Source: Trichoplax sp. H2
Taxonomy: Eukaryota
Direction of reading: 5' to 3'
Length of the DNA stretch: 47,509 bases
NCBI GenBank assembly: GCA_003344405.1
Contig: NOWV01000119.1
Span: 186,001 to 233,509, forward strand
The position numbers were made by a program, and so were the translations under genes. Positions 24,029-37,117 of the stretch are shown here, piece after piece. The notes beneath the pieces were generated by a model. That model searched no databases. It was not told the origin of the DNA and saw nothing but the letters and a program-made list of their open reading frames with translations. Position 1 is the stretch's first letter, and each line of letters starts with the position of its first letter.

Positions 24029-27000
24029 TTAAGCAGACAATGATGCCTTCTTTCGTGATGCCTTCGTTACAAACAGAACGAACGACATAATCTTTTCATA
24101 CATGGTAAACATCAAAGCTGTAGTTAAGACGGTCTGTAATAGCTTCGCCTCCAAGCCTTTGAATAGACCAGAGAAGCCTTCATGCCTAGCGAGGTAAATA
24201 AGACAGAGTAAATTCGATGTGTGACTGTCATGTTAGGTTGATCTTTAAGGATTAATAATCTTAAATATTTCGGTAAACTTACGAATTAATACACAATGAG
24301 TTACAAACCTAATTATCTCCTGCATGATAGTAATGAAGGTACGCTTCTTATTGGCCTTTTCAGAAGTATTGTGCTAAGGATATTTATGGACATATAAATT
24401 AATAGTTAATATTAACGACACTTGTCTTTATGCGGCAGTTATTTTATATGAAGTTACCCTTAAACGAGCTTGAGAGACTTGCAGAGGGTAAGTGAGCACA
24501 GTTGCAATAGCCTTTGAGATTGCGCCCATTAGGAATACCAACCAAGATGGAATCTACAGTAAAAACACCAGTTGTACATACAAGTTATGACCTATTATGA
24601 GCTAAGTGATAAAATAGAATAGCAACCAGCGGCAACCATTTCGACATAAGGCTATTCATGTAAATTAATAGTAGTAATCATAATAATAATAATAGTGCTA
24701 TTTCATTTGAAGACTCCAGCTTTAAATGATTTTAACGAGTAACCTGCATATTGTTTTTTCCTCGAGTAATGTATCTTTTAAGAGCTTCATATGACATGAA
24801 CTGAATAGCGGGATTACAACATAATACCAATGATGGTGCTAGACCACTCCATAAGGAAAGTATTCCCTCTTCCTTGATAATACGTCTAAAGCAATCTGCC
24901 ATTATAATAACGATACTTTATCAATTAGACTGTCTACTCGTATACAATGTAGCTCAATTTGAATTAGGTGGCATTACATTAACGTCAACTTACCAAAAAT
25001 ACCGGTATACTGAGTCTTTTTTATGACTTTATTGTTATAATCACGAACAGTCACACCTTGCAAACGCAGTCTTGTATTTGCAACCCAAAGTGGAGTTGTT
25101 GCAAAAACATTAATAGTACCTGTATTACATTACCAACACTTAGCAAGTTTTAATTCAAGACTGTAAGCATAACATTCACAATTGCTATACTGTTTATAAT
25201 GTTGTCTTTTTTTAAGCTCGTAAAATGAAGATAGCAAGTAGAAACGCATAAACTCAGTACTGTAACAAAAATTTAACATCACGATTTCTAATATGACAGA
25301 ATTTACAGAGAATTAAATTTAGCTATTATATTGAATGCCGCTAATGATCTCGAATTGAAATAAACTCCTTCAAAAATTAAGAAGTGCGCAATTAATTAAT
25401 TTCCTTATTTCCACTCAAAGTAATATTCTCTTTCCATAATCTATGAAAATGTAATGGCTTAACCATACACTACAATCGATACTACCAATAGGTTGGTTCA
25501 ATATTTAATTGATGAACATATCTAAATATATATTTTGAAATAATATTCAAGCGCGAAAGATTTACCAGCAACCATTCCAACCACTAAATCACTAACTGAC
25601 TGAGTTAAAGGTAGTTGTTTAACCACATCCAACATCCTCAATCCATTGAAGGCATAAAAATAAACAAAATTCGAACAATACAGGCTGGTTAGCACAGGTC
25701 CGAAGCCGGTATAAAGAGCAGATCTATGGAGAAAGTGTAGTGACAATTGGTTTAGTTATTAACCCGTTTTGTCCATATGATTCTATTGTATTTGCAATAT
25801 TTTAAAGTAATGGTTATAAAACAATTTATCTTACAATCCTTCCTCTCGGATAATTTTGGCTAATATCTGATGGGTTGGTTTAACCAGTTTGGTCTGCATA
25901 TCAACTATACATTGATCATGCAAAGATCCACAAAGGCATACGATGATATCAATGAAAAATATTAACAAAAAGTAATATAAATACAGAGGTATTTATAGTT
26001 AGTAAAGTACTGCAATTGCGCCATGTATTTATCTTTCAAGCTCATTCGCAAGCTGATAGCTGCCTAACTCGCACGATGTTCGACAGTTTAATAAGTGCAC
26101 ATGGCTTACTATCAAGCAACAGAATTGCATCAGCCTTATTTCAGCTATTGCTACAGAAATCAAGTCAGCTAGAATTGACTTTGTTAAGCAGTAGCTAAAT
26201 ATACAGTGCATATGTATCACGTGAGCATATAAGTACGCTAAGGTGGTTGTTTATATATCCGAATTAGATACAGTAGCTAAACACAGTATTTAATATAAAC
26301 GCGCTCAGACAACCTGGTTATAAAAATGTCAACGTCAGAGGTTAACCCTAAGTAAAGAATTAATTAAAGTTAACATCAAGGTTGAGATACTGAATCGGCG
26401 AATGCTTCATCAGCCCACTATCTCAGATTTGGTGTTAACTCCATGCGGAGATGTTCTCCATTAATTAGGGTTGAGCTAATACGTTGACAGAGTTGGCTGA
26501 TCATGATGTATCGTAACATACAGTGTACAGTATGAGCTAGTTGGCACATCGAAATAACCCATCCATGCACTCTATGAAATGCTATTCTAATTTCAGTAGA
26601 GCCCGTAGGAATAAGCGCTAAAGTATTGAGCATGCAAAAAGCTCAACTGCCATACTTGCAAAGTGTTGTGTCTAAATGCCGCCTAAATCTGTACAAAATC
26701 TCCTATACATTACCTTGCAGACGAGTTCTAGCCAGATCTAATGGATAAAAGGTAGACATCGCTACCGCGCTGCCCTATTTAGAATAATACGATAATCATA
26801 AAAATTTTCAGAAATAACAAGCTTTGAAGATGATGCACGCATCCATTGACCAAAATTTGCACGAATGGCTATAAACGGACATGATATATGGATAGTAATA
26901 ATGGATTGTATAAGCGCATATGCAATACGGTTTAATAGCTTGCAACCTTGCAACTTTTCGACCGTTATCAGAATGCGATAGTGACGACTGTGTACTGTGC

Positions 27001-27299
27001 AAGGAATGGCTAACTCTAAAGTAATAACATAATCAAAGGCATTCCTACAGTCAATACAACTAACTGTATTGTTCGATCGTTATAAATCTTCTGGTTTTAC
27101 AGTCGATCCTTTTTACTCATGCCTTCTCTACTTACTGTTTTTGACATCAACCTTACTGTATTCATTAACAGGCAACATTGTAGTTATACACAATCAAGTC
27201 TAAAATGAACAATTAGCCAAGGATTTAGTCTAGGTAAAAGCTTACAGAAGCTCCAGCAATGGCGTGTGTTAACGCATCGAAGGTTAAAAGCGAAGACAT
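24029..27299 (-). CDS. SLC25A17: Peroxisomal membrane carrier PMP34, paralog A
   Basis: Exon 1 [18 protein letters not shown] (27246-27299), [71 protein letters not shown]; stop at 24029-24031. Confidence 0.92.
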
Positions 27300-27656
27300 G
27301 TTGATGAAAGCTTGTCGATTGCTGTCGTGATGGGCTGAAATTGAAATCGGCGGATTGCTCTCACCAAGGCAAAAAGAAGTTGCAATACTCCTGTCCGCTG
27401 ACTCCTACTTGACCCGGTCGAGGATTGTTCGTTCAGTACTACGTTCCATTCATGACCTAACCATCCATACAGTATGCGTAATATCACCAGAGATGACGGA
27501 AGTGTATGAGCAGCGACGACATCGGCTAGCATGACATTGCAACGATAAAGGTCTTTGACTGCACCGTATGTCTTGTATTGTACACTCGATAGTTGATACC
27601 ACCATGGGTCGGGTCGAAGGTCGTCCTACTACACTACAGTATGGAGGTACTGGCTG

Positions 27657-27683
27657 ACCCCCAACCCTACCCACCCCTACCTG
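27657..27683 (-). promoter_or_regulatory. Potential G-quadruplex upstream of SLC25A17 paralog A
   Basis: The minus strand reads GGGG-T-GGG-TA-GGG-TT-GGGGG, inside a locally GC-rich segment that also has a CACGTG E-box. Confidence 0.4.
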
Positions 27684-28806
27684 GCTAAGTATTGGTTGGT
27701 TTTCCAACGGTATCACGTGATGGTCTGATACTCGGGTTATGAACCCGAGCTGCTAGACACCGTAAGGACTTGACCTCGGATCGCGTCGGACAGGCAGAGT
27801 AGCGGACTGGAATGATGGCCTTGTACTGCTTGAGGGGTAAATAAAAATTAATCAATCAATCAATAACAAATCATTATTGCATAGGGGTGTAATATTATCT
27901 TCTTTAAGTAGCGTAAGTATTTTAAGGTAGATGATAATAGAAGGTATAAGGATTTTATTGAGATACAAGTTACAGGCTAGCAATGATATGGTTGTTATAG
28001 ATAAGGTATTTGAGATAGCAGGAATGTAGGAACTGACTAACGAGTTAGCGTACAAGGGTATTTATAGGTTTTAGATGGGATTGAGATAATGTCTTTATAT
28101 GTATAGCATGTCGTCTATATGAGGTCATAATGTCGTACATTATGAATGTAATACAATACAGTACTTAAACGGTATATGATAAGAATTCGTATATTAGGAT
28201 ATTACTATACTAGGCATCTTCTATATAAGATCATAATGTTACAAGGGGATCGAGGGTTAGATGATCAAGGTAAAAGGAAAATCGCTATGGGATAAATGCA
28301 ATTATACAGCGTAGTAGGTAGATGCTGTGCAAAACAGATGTCAGGCAATGATTGAAAATAGGCTGGGGGGTATTCGATTGGTCGCCCACCACTGTATTGC
28401 ATTAGTNNNNNNNNNNNNNNNNNNNNCCCTACCCACCCCTACCTGGCTAAGTATTGGTTGGTTTTCCAACGGTATCACGTGATGGGCTGATACTCGGGTT
28501 ATGAACCCGAGCTACTAGACACCGTAAGGACTTGACCTCGGATCGCGTCGGACAGGCAGAGTAGCGGACTGGAATGATGGCCTTGTACTGCTAGCTGAAG
28601 GGTAAAAATCAATCAATCAATCAATAGCAAGTCATTATTGCATAGGGGATCGAGGGTTAGATGATAAAGGTAAAAGGAAAATCGCTATGGGATAAATGCA
28701 ATTATACAGCGTAGTAGGTAGATGCTGTGCAAAACAGATGTCAGGCAATGATTGAAAATAGGCTGGGGGGTGTTCGATTGGTCGCCCACCACTGTATTGC
28801 ATTAGT
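27666..28806. other. Duplicated segment on both sides of a 20-N gap (28407-28426); probably two uncollapsed haplotypes
   Basis: 27666-27887 plus 28249-28406 is nearly identical to 28427-28806, apart from a few SNPs/indels and the LTR-like insert. Confidence 0.75.
27888..28243 (-). mobile_element. Solo-LTR-like insertion, 356 bp
   Basis: Termini TGTAATATTAT...ATAATGTTACA (TG..CA, 10/11 inverted match), 5-bp TSD AGGGG at 27883-27887 and 28244-28248, empty site at 28644-28648. TATA-like (~28095) then AATAAA (~27955) on the minus strand. Confidence 0.8.
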
Positions 28807-29798
28807 TGCAAGTGCAAAGGTGCTGATTCATAATTAATTAAAAAGACTTGCTATCTCTTTCTCTCTGTTAGTAGCCCTTGCTAACTCTATCTCTACTGAT
28901 ACTTGGTAACTATCTAGTGTTGACAATTTCAGTACTAGGTACATCATCGAGGTTTTATAAACGGTTTCTGCTACCGATATCTACAACATCTGTTTTGTAC
29001 AGTAAAGATAAATAAATTGCCAATCGAAATCAACATCCATCGTCATTGAGTAAATAGTGAAAATCAAAAATTGGGTTGATTCTTAACAGATTAGAAGAGG
29101 AGAGGGAATAATTCAAATTATATCACTTTAAGTGATGTAATCTGTAATACACTATGCAAAGCGTGAAATACAAGTACTTGTAGTTCATTCGATCTATTTT
29201 ACTTTATTTCTAGGAGAAATCAGGACAAGGTATCGAAATCTAATCAATTGCTACAATGCAATGAACCAAGTTATAGCTGTACATACTGTACACTTACTTT
29301 AAAGTAGTGTACGACGTCAAAAATAAACATGGTCTGCTAGCTATCATTATCGTACAACATCCACTGTAAGATTGACACTATTTCAAGATAAAGTAACAAC
29401 TTTATTGTGCAATGCTTTATTACAGTAGAGGATGAGAAATATGATGCTAAAATCTTCCAAGTAATCTTGACAAGTTACATAAAATTTGTATTCCAACAGG
29501 CGGCAGCCTCATACCTCCATTAATACGAATCATGTTTTAATATCGACTATAAATGCCCCTAGCCAGCTAAATATTATTTTCGATGTGGTTAAAATTGGGA
29601 TTATAAATAAAAGCTTCATCTACGGTAGCTGGAATAGTACTAATAGATATCAACAGCGTTAACGCTATAAAAGTACTTGAAGGATAACTAGATCTAGAAT
29701 ACTATATCGCATATACTATTGTAATCCAAATAAGAACATTCCGTTTGTCTATTGAAATTGAAATATAATATAAAATTTTAAGAAGAGTACATCCAAGT

Positions 29799-32642
29799 TT
29801 ATTTCTTAATTCTAGTAACCCAAAAGACAAAGGCGATAATTTTTTCGTAAATAGTAAACATTAAGGCCGCCGATAAAACCGTCTGCAATAATTTCGTCTC
29901 TAATCCTTTAAATAAACCACGAAATCCTTCATGCCTATTATAGTTGACCAGTTATATTCAGTTAAATCATAAATAGAAATGCTGCTATCCATGATATCCT
30001 TGTTATACATCACTAGAGAAATGAAACTGCTACAGGAAACAGAGTGTAACAAGATTCATTGAGTTGCAAGACTTACCGTAAGATTTCTCTAAATATATTA
30101 ATAACTGTACGCCTTCTCTTAGAATTATCATCTACAGATGCATTATGCTATATAAAATAAAAAAAAATTTATTATTTTTATGTTGATCTTTCTACAGCGT
30201 ACGCATGCCTGAAAGTTGATTCATTGCAAGATCGAAAACTTTTATGATATTCTTACCCTTAGACGAGCTTGAACAATTTGAATAGGATAAGTCAAAACAG
30301 TAGCAATTGCTTTCGATATTGCACCCATAAGAAAAATAGTTAATGCCGATATCTAAAATATGAAATGAAAATAATTCTATCAAATCAAGTAAAATGTAAG
30401 ATTAATAAGGTATTATTATCCATCTATGACAGGCAGATTTTACCTCTACACCGCCGGTATTACGGCGAATATACCGTTTGACAGCTTCATATGACATGAA
30501 TTGAATGGCTGGATTAGTTACTAGCATCAGCGATGGGCCGAGGCTGTTCCATAAAGAAAAAACGCCTTCCTCCTTTGCTATTCTCCGAAAGCAATCTATA
30601 TAAATGCCAAATAATTAAATGGCCGTCCTATCTGGCATTCCGGCATGTTACACTGTATCAACAACTGTATTAATACGCGCTATCGGTCTTTAATATCGAC
30701 TAACCCCACATATTTAAATAAGGTTTCCTGTCGATCAGTTTACGGTTATAATCTAAGACCTTCATTCCTTGCAATCTTAGTCTTGTTGATGCAACCCATA
30801 AAGGAGTAGTAATGACAACATTGACTGAGCCTAATAAATATCGATAAACAGGTTCAATTTTGGTTCAACTGCAAACGATTTCAATGCTATATCCTCCATG
30901 TACGTTGTTATTATTATTTTATGCTTCGTACTTACAATAATATTTAGATTAAAAACAAAAACTAATTTATAATTATCATTTGCAGCTTAATAAGAGTTAT
31001 TACCAGCAATCATCCCCACGACAAGATCGCTAATAGATTGATTGAATGGCAATTGTTTCACTCGGTTCAACATTCTTAGCCCATTAAAGGCATAAAAATA
31101 GATAAAATTGGAACAGTATTGGCTAAATACCACAGGAGCAAAGCCAGTATACAGGGAAGAGCTATGACAGTCATAAAAAGTTGCGGATAAGTTATAAATA
31201 TTTATTTTACTAATAATCATTCGATTTTAGATATATAAATAATTCAACGTAAATCACGAGATCCAATCACAGAGATGATTATTAACACAGTCTAATTACT
31301 AATCACTATTCTATATGGATACTAACAATCCTTCTTCGCGGATAATCTTGCTTAAAATTTGATAGACTGGTTGGACATCTTTGGTTTGTGTATCCACTAG
31401 ACGATCATAATATTATTATTACATGGCAATTCTTTTGAGTGTTTTAATGCTTCACATTCGATCGTCTACAGTATATACTCGTCTAGTATTATGGAAAGCT
31501 TACCTTGCAAGCGAGTTTTGGCAAGATCCAATGGATAAAATACACATGTGGACAAAGCACTACCCTACATCATGCAAAAAATAATTGTACTATAAATATT
31601 GATAATACCATATAACGGCTTCAATACTCTTCTGTTATAATCATTATTGATTGAGTCGACGACATTCGCTTGATACCTGTTACAACGGAGTATCGCGAGG
31701 CTTTTTTGCCTAATTGCTAACATTCACACCTACTAATCCCATCTTTAGCATGGTACTACCTATGCTACAAGCTAGACTGCGCTAACGGTATATCAAAACA
31801 TAAGTTGCTGATCCATCAATCAAGAGTGTCATCCAGTATCGCCTGCGACAGGCTGCATCCTACTTGCACTATCGCGATAGTCGTGGTTGTTATTTTGCGA
31901 ACATAATCTATTGGTACGAGATTGTAGAATGCATCTATCTTTCATTAATGGACAGTACATTAACATGATCTACTGGTACGAAGTTATAGAATCCATTTAT
32001 CCTTAATGAATGGACAGTACATTAAAAGTAGATGAGAAAATAAGGTTGAATTGCTACTTGTTTATCTGGCACGAGTGCACGAATTTTACTACCGCTATGG
32101 GGATATTGATGACAAGTAGACCATAACAGAACGCTTGATAATACAGAATATAGTGTCATGGGAGGAAACTTGGTACGTCGAGTTAAGGATTGAATAACAT
32201 TACTTTATAGGAAAAAGCTATCCTTCTTATTCTACCAATCAAAGCTGTTTGAATCCCATATCCTACATGTGCTACATGCACTTAATACAGGCGCAGGATC
32301 CTCTGTATGACATTGATTATAGCATCGCTTGGAGAGTCTCGAACGATAATACTACAGCGATAATCCTATCCATTCTACTGTACGCTGTATTGTTATGCAG
32401 CAAATTTAGACAGTCTCCATTACAATGCATAGTAATACCTACAGTAAGCTCCATAACTGTATACTGTAGGATATGGGATATCTCTGCTCTTTCTCCGCTG
32501 TCTACGCCATTCGTATTGACAAGTAACTGCTAGTGCATCAATTCAATTCAACAGTGCTCTATGCATCTGATGGACGAATAATACTTACGGAAGCTCCAGC
32601 AAAAGCGTGCACAAATGTTTCAAATGTTAGCAGAGTTGACAT
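29799..32642 (-). CDS. SLC25A17: Peroxisomal membrane carrier PMP34, paralog B
   Basis: Exon 1 [18 protein letters not shown] (32589-32642), [75 protein letters not shown]; stop at 29799-29801. Intron positions match paralog A. Confidence 0.92.
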
Positions 32643-33197
32643 CGCTTGAAGTGAAGTCGACTGCAATCTTTCATTTATCGCTGAATTGAACTGAACCACT
32701 CGCCAGTTCTTTGAATCCAATGTTGGAGTATTACGCTAGGCAAAATTAGCGTAGTAACACTGCCAATGCTGACCAAATTTTCAATGCCACACTGCTCAAT
32801 CAATTCATTCACAGCCCCTAGCGGTAAAGTTGAAACTCTTGGCGCAACCTTGAACCAAATTGCTTACTGTAGTACCGCAATGGCAAGCAACTTGTTAATT
32901 GTGACAAGAAGACGAATTGCAGGCAGTAGTTGCTGCGTCACTCATCAGCAGCGACCTGACCGGCGGTGGTGACTGACTTTGGTAGGCTCAGGTGGTCTTG
33001 TGCCTTTTCTCACTGAATTCTTGACAGTAGTTGTACTGTATGTACAGAAGCCTTGGTACAGTATGAACTTTGAACCCTTCAACCGGAGTCGTCTGACCTC
33101 ACCCGTTTGGTCGTGTCAATTCATTCAGTTGGCAGTGACATCTGACTCGGTGTGGTGTATCGGTCGGCACTTCAGCAGTGACATGTCACACGCCTGG

Positions 33198-33875
33198 AGT
33201 ACAGTACGTAACGGTAGGTTGTACAGGGTATACTGTACGCAACTGTACAGTATGTATTGTACAGTACTGTACAGCATAATTCGGAAGGTCGCCCGGAAGT
33301 TTTGGGCCCAATTCTACAGTACGTACTGATAGAAGTACAGTACAGTACTGTACTGTACAGTAGAGCAAGTCAAACCAGGTTGAACCACGATCGTGATACT
33401 GTACAGTATGCTGTACAGTGTACAATACAGTAAAGTACTGTATGTATGTACTGTACACTGTACAGCACAATTCGGACGGTCGCCCGGAAGTTTTGGGCCC
33501 AATTCTACAGTACGTACTGTACTGTACTGTAGAGCACGTCAAACTACAGTACAGTACTGTACTGTACAGCACTGTACCAGTACTGTAGGTTGAACCACGA
33601 TCGTGATGTACTGTACTGTACTGTACAGTACTATAGAGCACCTCAAACCAGCTTGAACCACGATCGTGATGTGCTGTACTGTACTGTACTGTACTGTACA
33701 GTACTGTACCATACTGTAGAGCACCTCAAACCAGGTTGAACCACGATCGTGATGTGCTGTACTGTACAGTGTACAGTACTGTACAGTACAGTACAGTACT
33801 GTACAGTATAGTACTGTACAAAGTACTGTAACAATACTGTATGTTCACTGTACAGTACAGTACAGTACAGTGCAG
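33198..33875. repeat. TACAG/TACTG tract with embedded units (4 x GTTGAACCACGATCGTGAT-like; 2 x AATTCGGANGGTCGCCCGGAAGTTTTGGGCCCAATTC), between divergent SLC25A17-B and LSM11
   Basis: Directly visible. Confidence 0.9.
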
Positions 33876-33976
33876 AGAAAGTCCCGTAATTTCTACACGC
33901 GAAATCATCCGAGAGCAGTCTACAGCTAGCCTGCAGGTACCAAATTCTGCTGAGAAACGAATAGCGATGCGAATGA

Positions 33977-35441
33977 ATGGAAAGAGATCCTACCTTAGAC
34001 TTTGCATCGGATCAATTTGATGCCTTGAAAGCACTTTACACGAAAGATTTAAAGCCACCGTGTGATGATATACAACCTTATGACAATCTAGCTTCGTATT
34101 GGGCAGCCGTTCAAAGGCAAACAAATCGCAAGACTGATCGAGCGAGCGCCAGCAATCAGCCTCCTAAAACAGCCGCTGCTGCTGCTAAATCGGCTAGAAA
34201 AGGCATCAAGATCAACGACATTGCAACAAAGAGTGCACGTACTGTTAATAAAGAAAAGAAACTCAAAAATAAAGCCAAGCCAAATGTCCTTGAAAGAATG
34301 AAACGTATGTAGACACATTTATACAAGATGCAAATTCGATTAGTGACAATCTAGCTAGCTAGCATCGATATCGCAAAACGTCATTACTGCTCAATAATCA
34401 GAAGGATAGTCATAATTTTGGCTTACACGCGTCCAAATTGTGTGATTCATGTTTGCTATTCCTTGTAACCTGATAGCAATATTGCTTGTAATTCTTGCAA
34501 TCGAAATTTCAACTCATTCTTAAAGTAATGCAAATATCTTGGAATTGATATCCTATGCAATTGCAAACATTGCACGGATACAGTCAGTACCTTACAATTG
34601 GATACACATAGACGAGTGCTATTGTAATTTATTATACCATCAAGATTCGCTGCCCTTGCATTGCTTGCACTGCTGTAATACAATATCTTTTGTGATTCTT
34701 TACCATGCATACAAAAAGTTTTATCAAGCGGACCTTTTAGCATACTGTATACAGCGTTAAATGAAAGGAAATCGGTACACATTTGGACTCGTAGCTATGA
34801 TAAACTTCGAGGAATTTGCCGTGGTTTTGTTGCTGCTTTCGACAAGCACATGAATGTCGTAAGTCATCCTGCGTAGCATGATCGGTTGTATATTAACTCC
34901 AGTGTGTAGTACATATACATTCTTTCTATTACCAATATTACAGTCAAATTTAAAATTGGAATGCAATGAATATGATGCATTATCGTCTACACACAAGTAT
35001 CGCACATAATTCTAAATGATAACTAATGAACTAACATACACTTGCGATTCTACGTACAACACTCAGGTCCTAGTAGATGTAGACGAAGTTTACACGTTGC
35101 CACATTATTTCATGCGTTCTGCCGGTGGAAAAAATTCAAGTAAAGTATTAGCCGAAACTGCGAGTCATGACAGTACCGCTGCGGCTGTTTTACACCTACT
35201 CGCAAATGATCCATCCAGTGAAAATTATTCAAACTTGAAGGGTATTCATGCCTGCTCGTTGAAATCTGCCCTCCAATATAAAGTCACTGGAACGGATCAA
35301 TTTCGGCGTATAAAGAACTTTGATATAACAGAAGATGTTATCAAAACTGATCAATCATTCATCATTGTCAGAAGATATTTACACCAGGTTTACCTAAGAG
35401 GTGAAAATATCGTAATGGCATCTTTAGCTAATGCCGATTAA
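33977..35441 (+). CDS. LSM11: U7 snRNP-specific Sm-like protein LSm11, 3 exons
   Basis: N-terminal LDFASDQFDALKALY; Sm1 GPFSILY..VHIWTRSYDKLRGICRGFVAAFDKHMNV|VLVDVDEVY; long spacer; Sm2 RYLHQVYLRGENIVM. Exons ~33977-34304, ~34719-34858, 35067-35441; the exon 2 acceptor is uncertain. Confidence 0.88.
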
Positions 35442-36581
35442 GTAAATTACGATTTAAATAAGAGTATAATGTTATTGTTCTCGGTAAATTTTAAATTATT
35501 GTCAGTAATTTATCAACGCTACTAATGTACAGTACTGTCGTACAAAATCTCAGAATCTCCAATGAGCAGCGGCTTGTTATGTAACTCAGTAGGATTCCTG
35601 TAATCCAACAGGATAGTGTAATTACTGTAATTACTTACTGTATTTCAGTACTAGTAATGTGAAATGTCATTTATAGTGTTATACGCGTTGCTAAAATCTT
35701 TACTGATATACAGGTTGTCGCTAATCTTTCGAAATTAAATTAAAATTTTTATATTAGCACGAATCATTGTTACCTATTGACAATTTAACTTTTTCTTGTT
35801 GTTTGTATGTAAATATGGTCGGTCATTTTTCTATCAGTGGCAATCATTATAATTATTATTAAAAATGAAACAAAGACATTTTGCTTTGCAATTGTCATCC
35901 AATAATTTCAGCGTCTAGATTAAATAAAAATTCAGAGAAGCACGTATTTACACTTGTGTTTCCACGCGATGCACATCTCTTGCATAGCTTACGATAAAAA
36001 CTTATAATTGGCTACTTCGTTGCAGAGCAGATTAACGAAACCTTGGTCCAGTGGATATAATGTCGATACCTAGCAAAAAAAGTAAGCCTAGGTAGATTTC
36101 AGACGTTACCAAAAGTGCCATACGCGTAAAAGTAACATTTTGTTAAATCTTATACAAAACTGAGCGAAAAAGCCTAGGTGAATTCAGACAAAGCCAAAGT
36201 ATAATAAATTGATGTATAGTATTAACTACATTCAACTATGGACTGAAGCTAAGAGTGAAAGGAAATTTCATCAAGATGGCATTGTTTAGTCTACATTTAT
36301 TGTGGTAAAGGGGTAAATAGTCAAACATAGCTCTCGAAATGAATATACGAGTAAAATTGCAGCGACATCATAATGTACTTGTTACTGCTATAAAATCCTG
36401 ATAACCAACGTTCTTCTTAAAATTTTGACATCTCATTCATTACATAACCAATATAATCTAGTAGCTTTCCCTCACACCCTTCGTTGCTTAAATTAAAATA
36501 GATAATACAACGACATTGCTACAGTACCGCAAGAGTACTCTTAATAATAATCATAATTATAGGTGAATTTGACTTTTAAAT

Positions 36582-36605
36582 CAGGGACTTTTAGAGAAGT
36601 CCCTG
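36582..36605. mobile_element. 24-bp hairpin CAGGGACTT-TTAGAG-AAGTCCCTG flanked by a 6/7-matching direct repeat (TTTAAAT/CTTAAAT)
   Basis: Perfect 9-bp stem. The ends resemble 22829-22853 and the MITE TIR. Confidence 0.35.
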
Positions 36606-37117
36606 CTTAAATTCATTCCGCCACTGCACAGACCACATGCATGATAAAAGTAATTCATTACCATTCTTTTAAAGCATAGCACTTCCTAGTACTCTTGGCA
36701 TGACTAACATATGATCTGACAAGTTCACATTACTATCATCTACTTGTTAGTTTCGGCAGTTTCTACAGCACTGGCATATTTATGAGCAACGATTACTGCA
36801 ACTACAGCTATCTGTAGTCAATATAGCGATGTTCGATAGTTACAACACGGAAGCCAAAATTATCATAAGAAATCTCACTTTACCATTAATACTAAATCCA
36901 TAGCTAAATTCGATATCTAGCTAGACCCAACAATAAATGAAGAACTCTTCCAAATAAACGCTCGTTTCTTTTATTTTGCACATACAAATTCGGTAATTAA
37001 GATAAAATGCCGAAGACATCGGTGTGCAATAACAATGTTTACGGTCTTTATTACATTATTTGAGCCAATTTTATATGAATCAATAAGTACAATGTCCACA
37101 TTTGGCTGTCCTTTCCA

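Noticed and set aside
27731-27756. Helitron 3' end (hairpin plus CTAG)
   Set aside because: The hairpin-to-CTAG spacing is too short, it is not followed by T, and no 5' end was found.
36560-36612. U7 snRNA candidate near LSM11 (AATTTGACTTT followed by a hairpin)
   Set aside because: No pyrimidine-rich HDE-pairing segment upstream, a poor Sm site, and the hairpin is better explained as a TIR micro-element.
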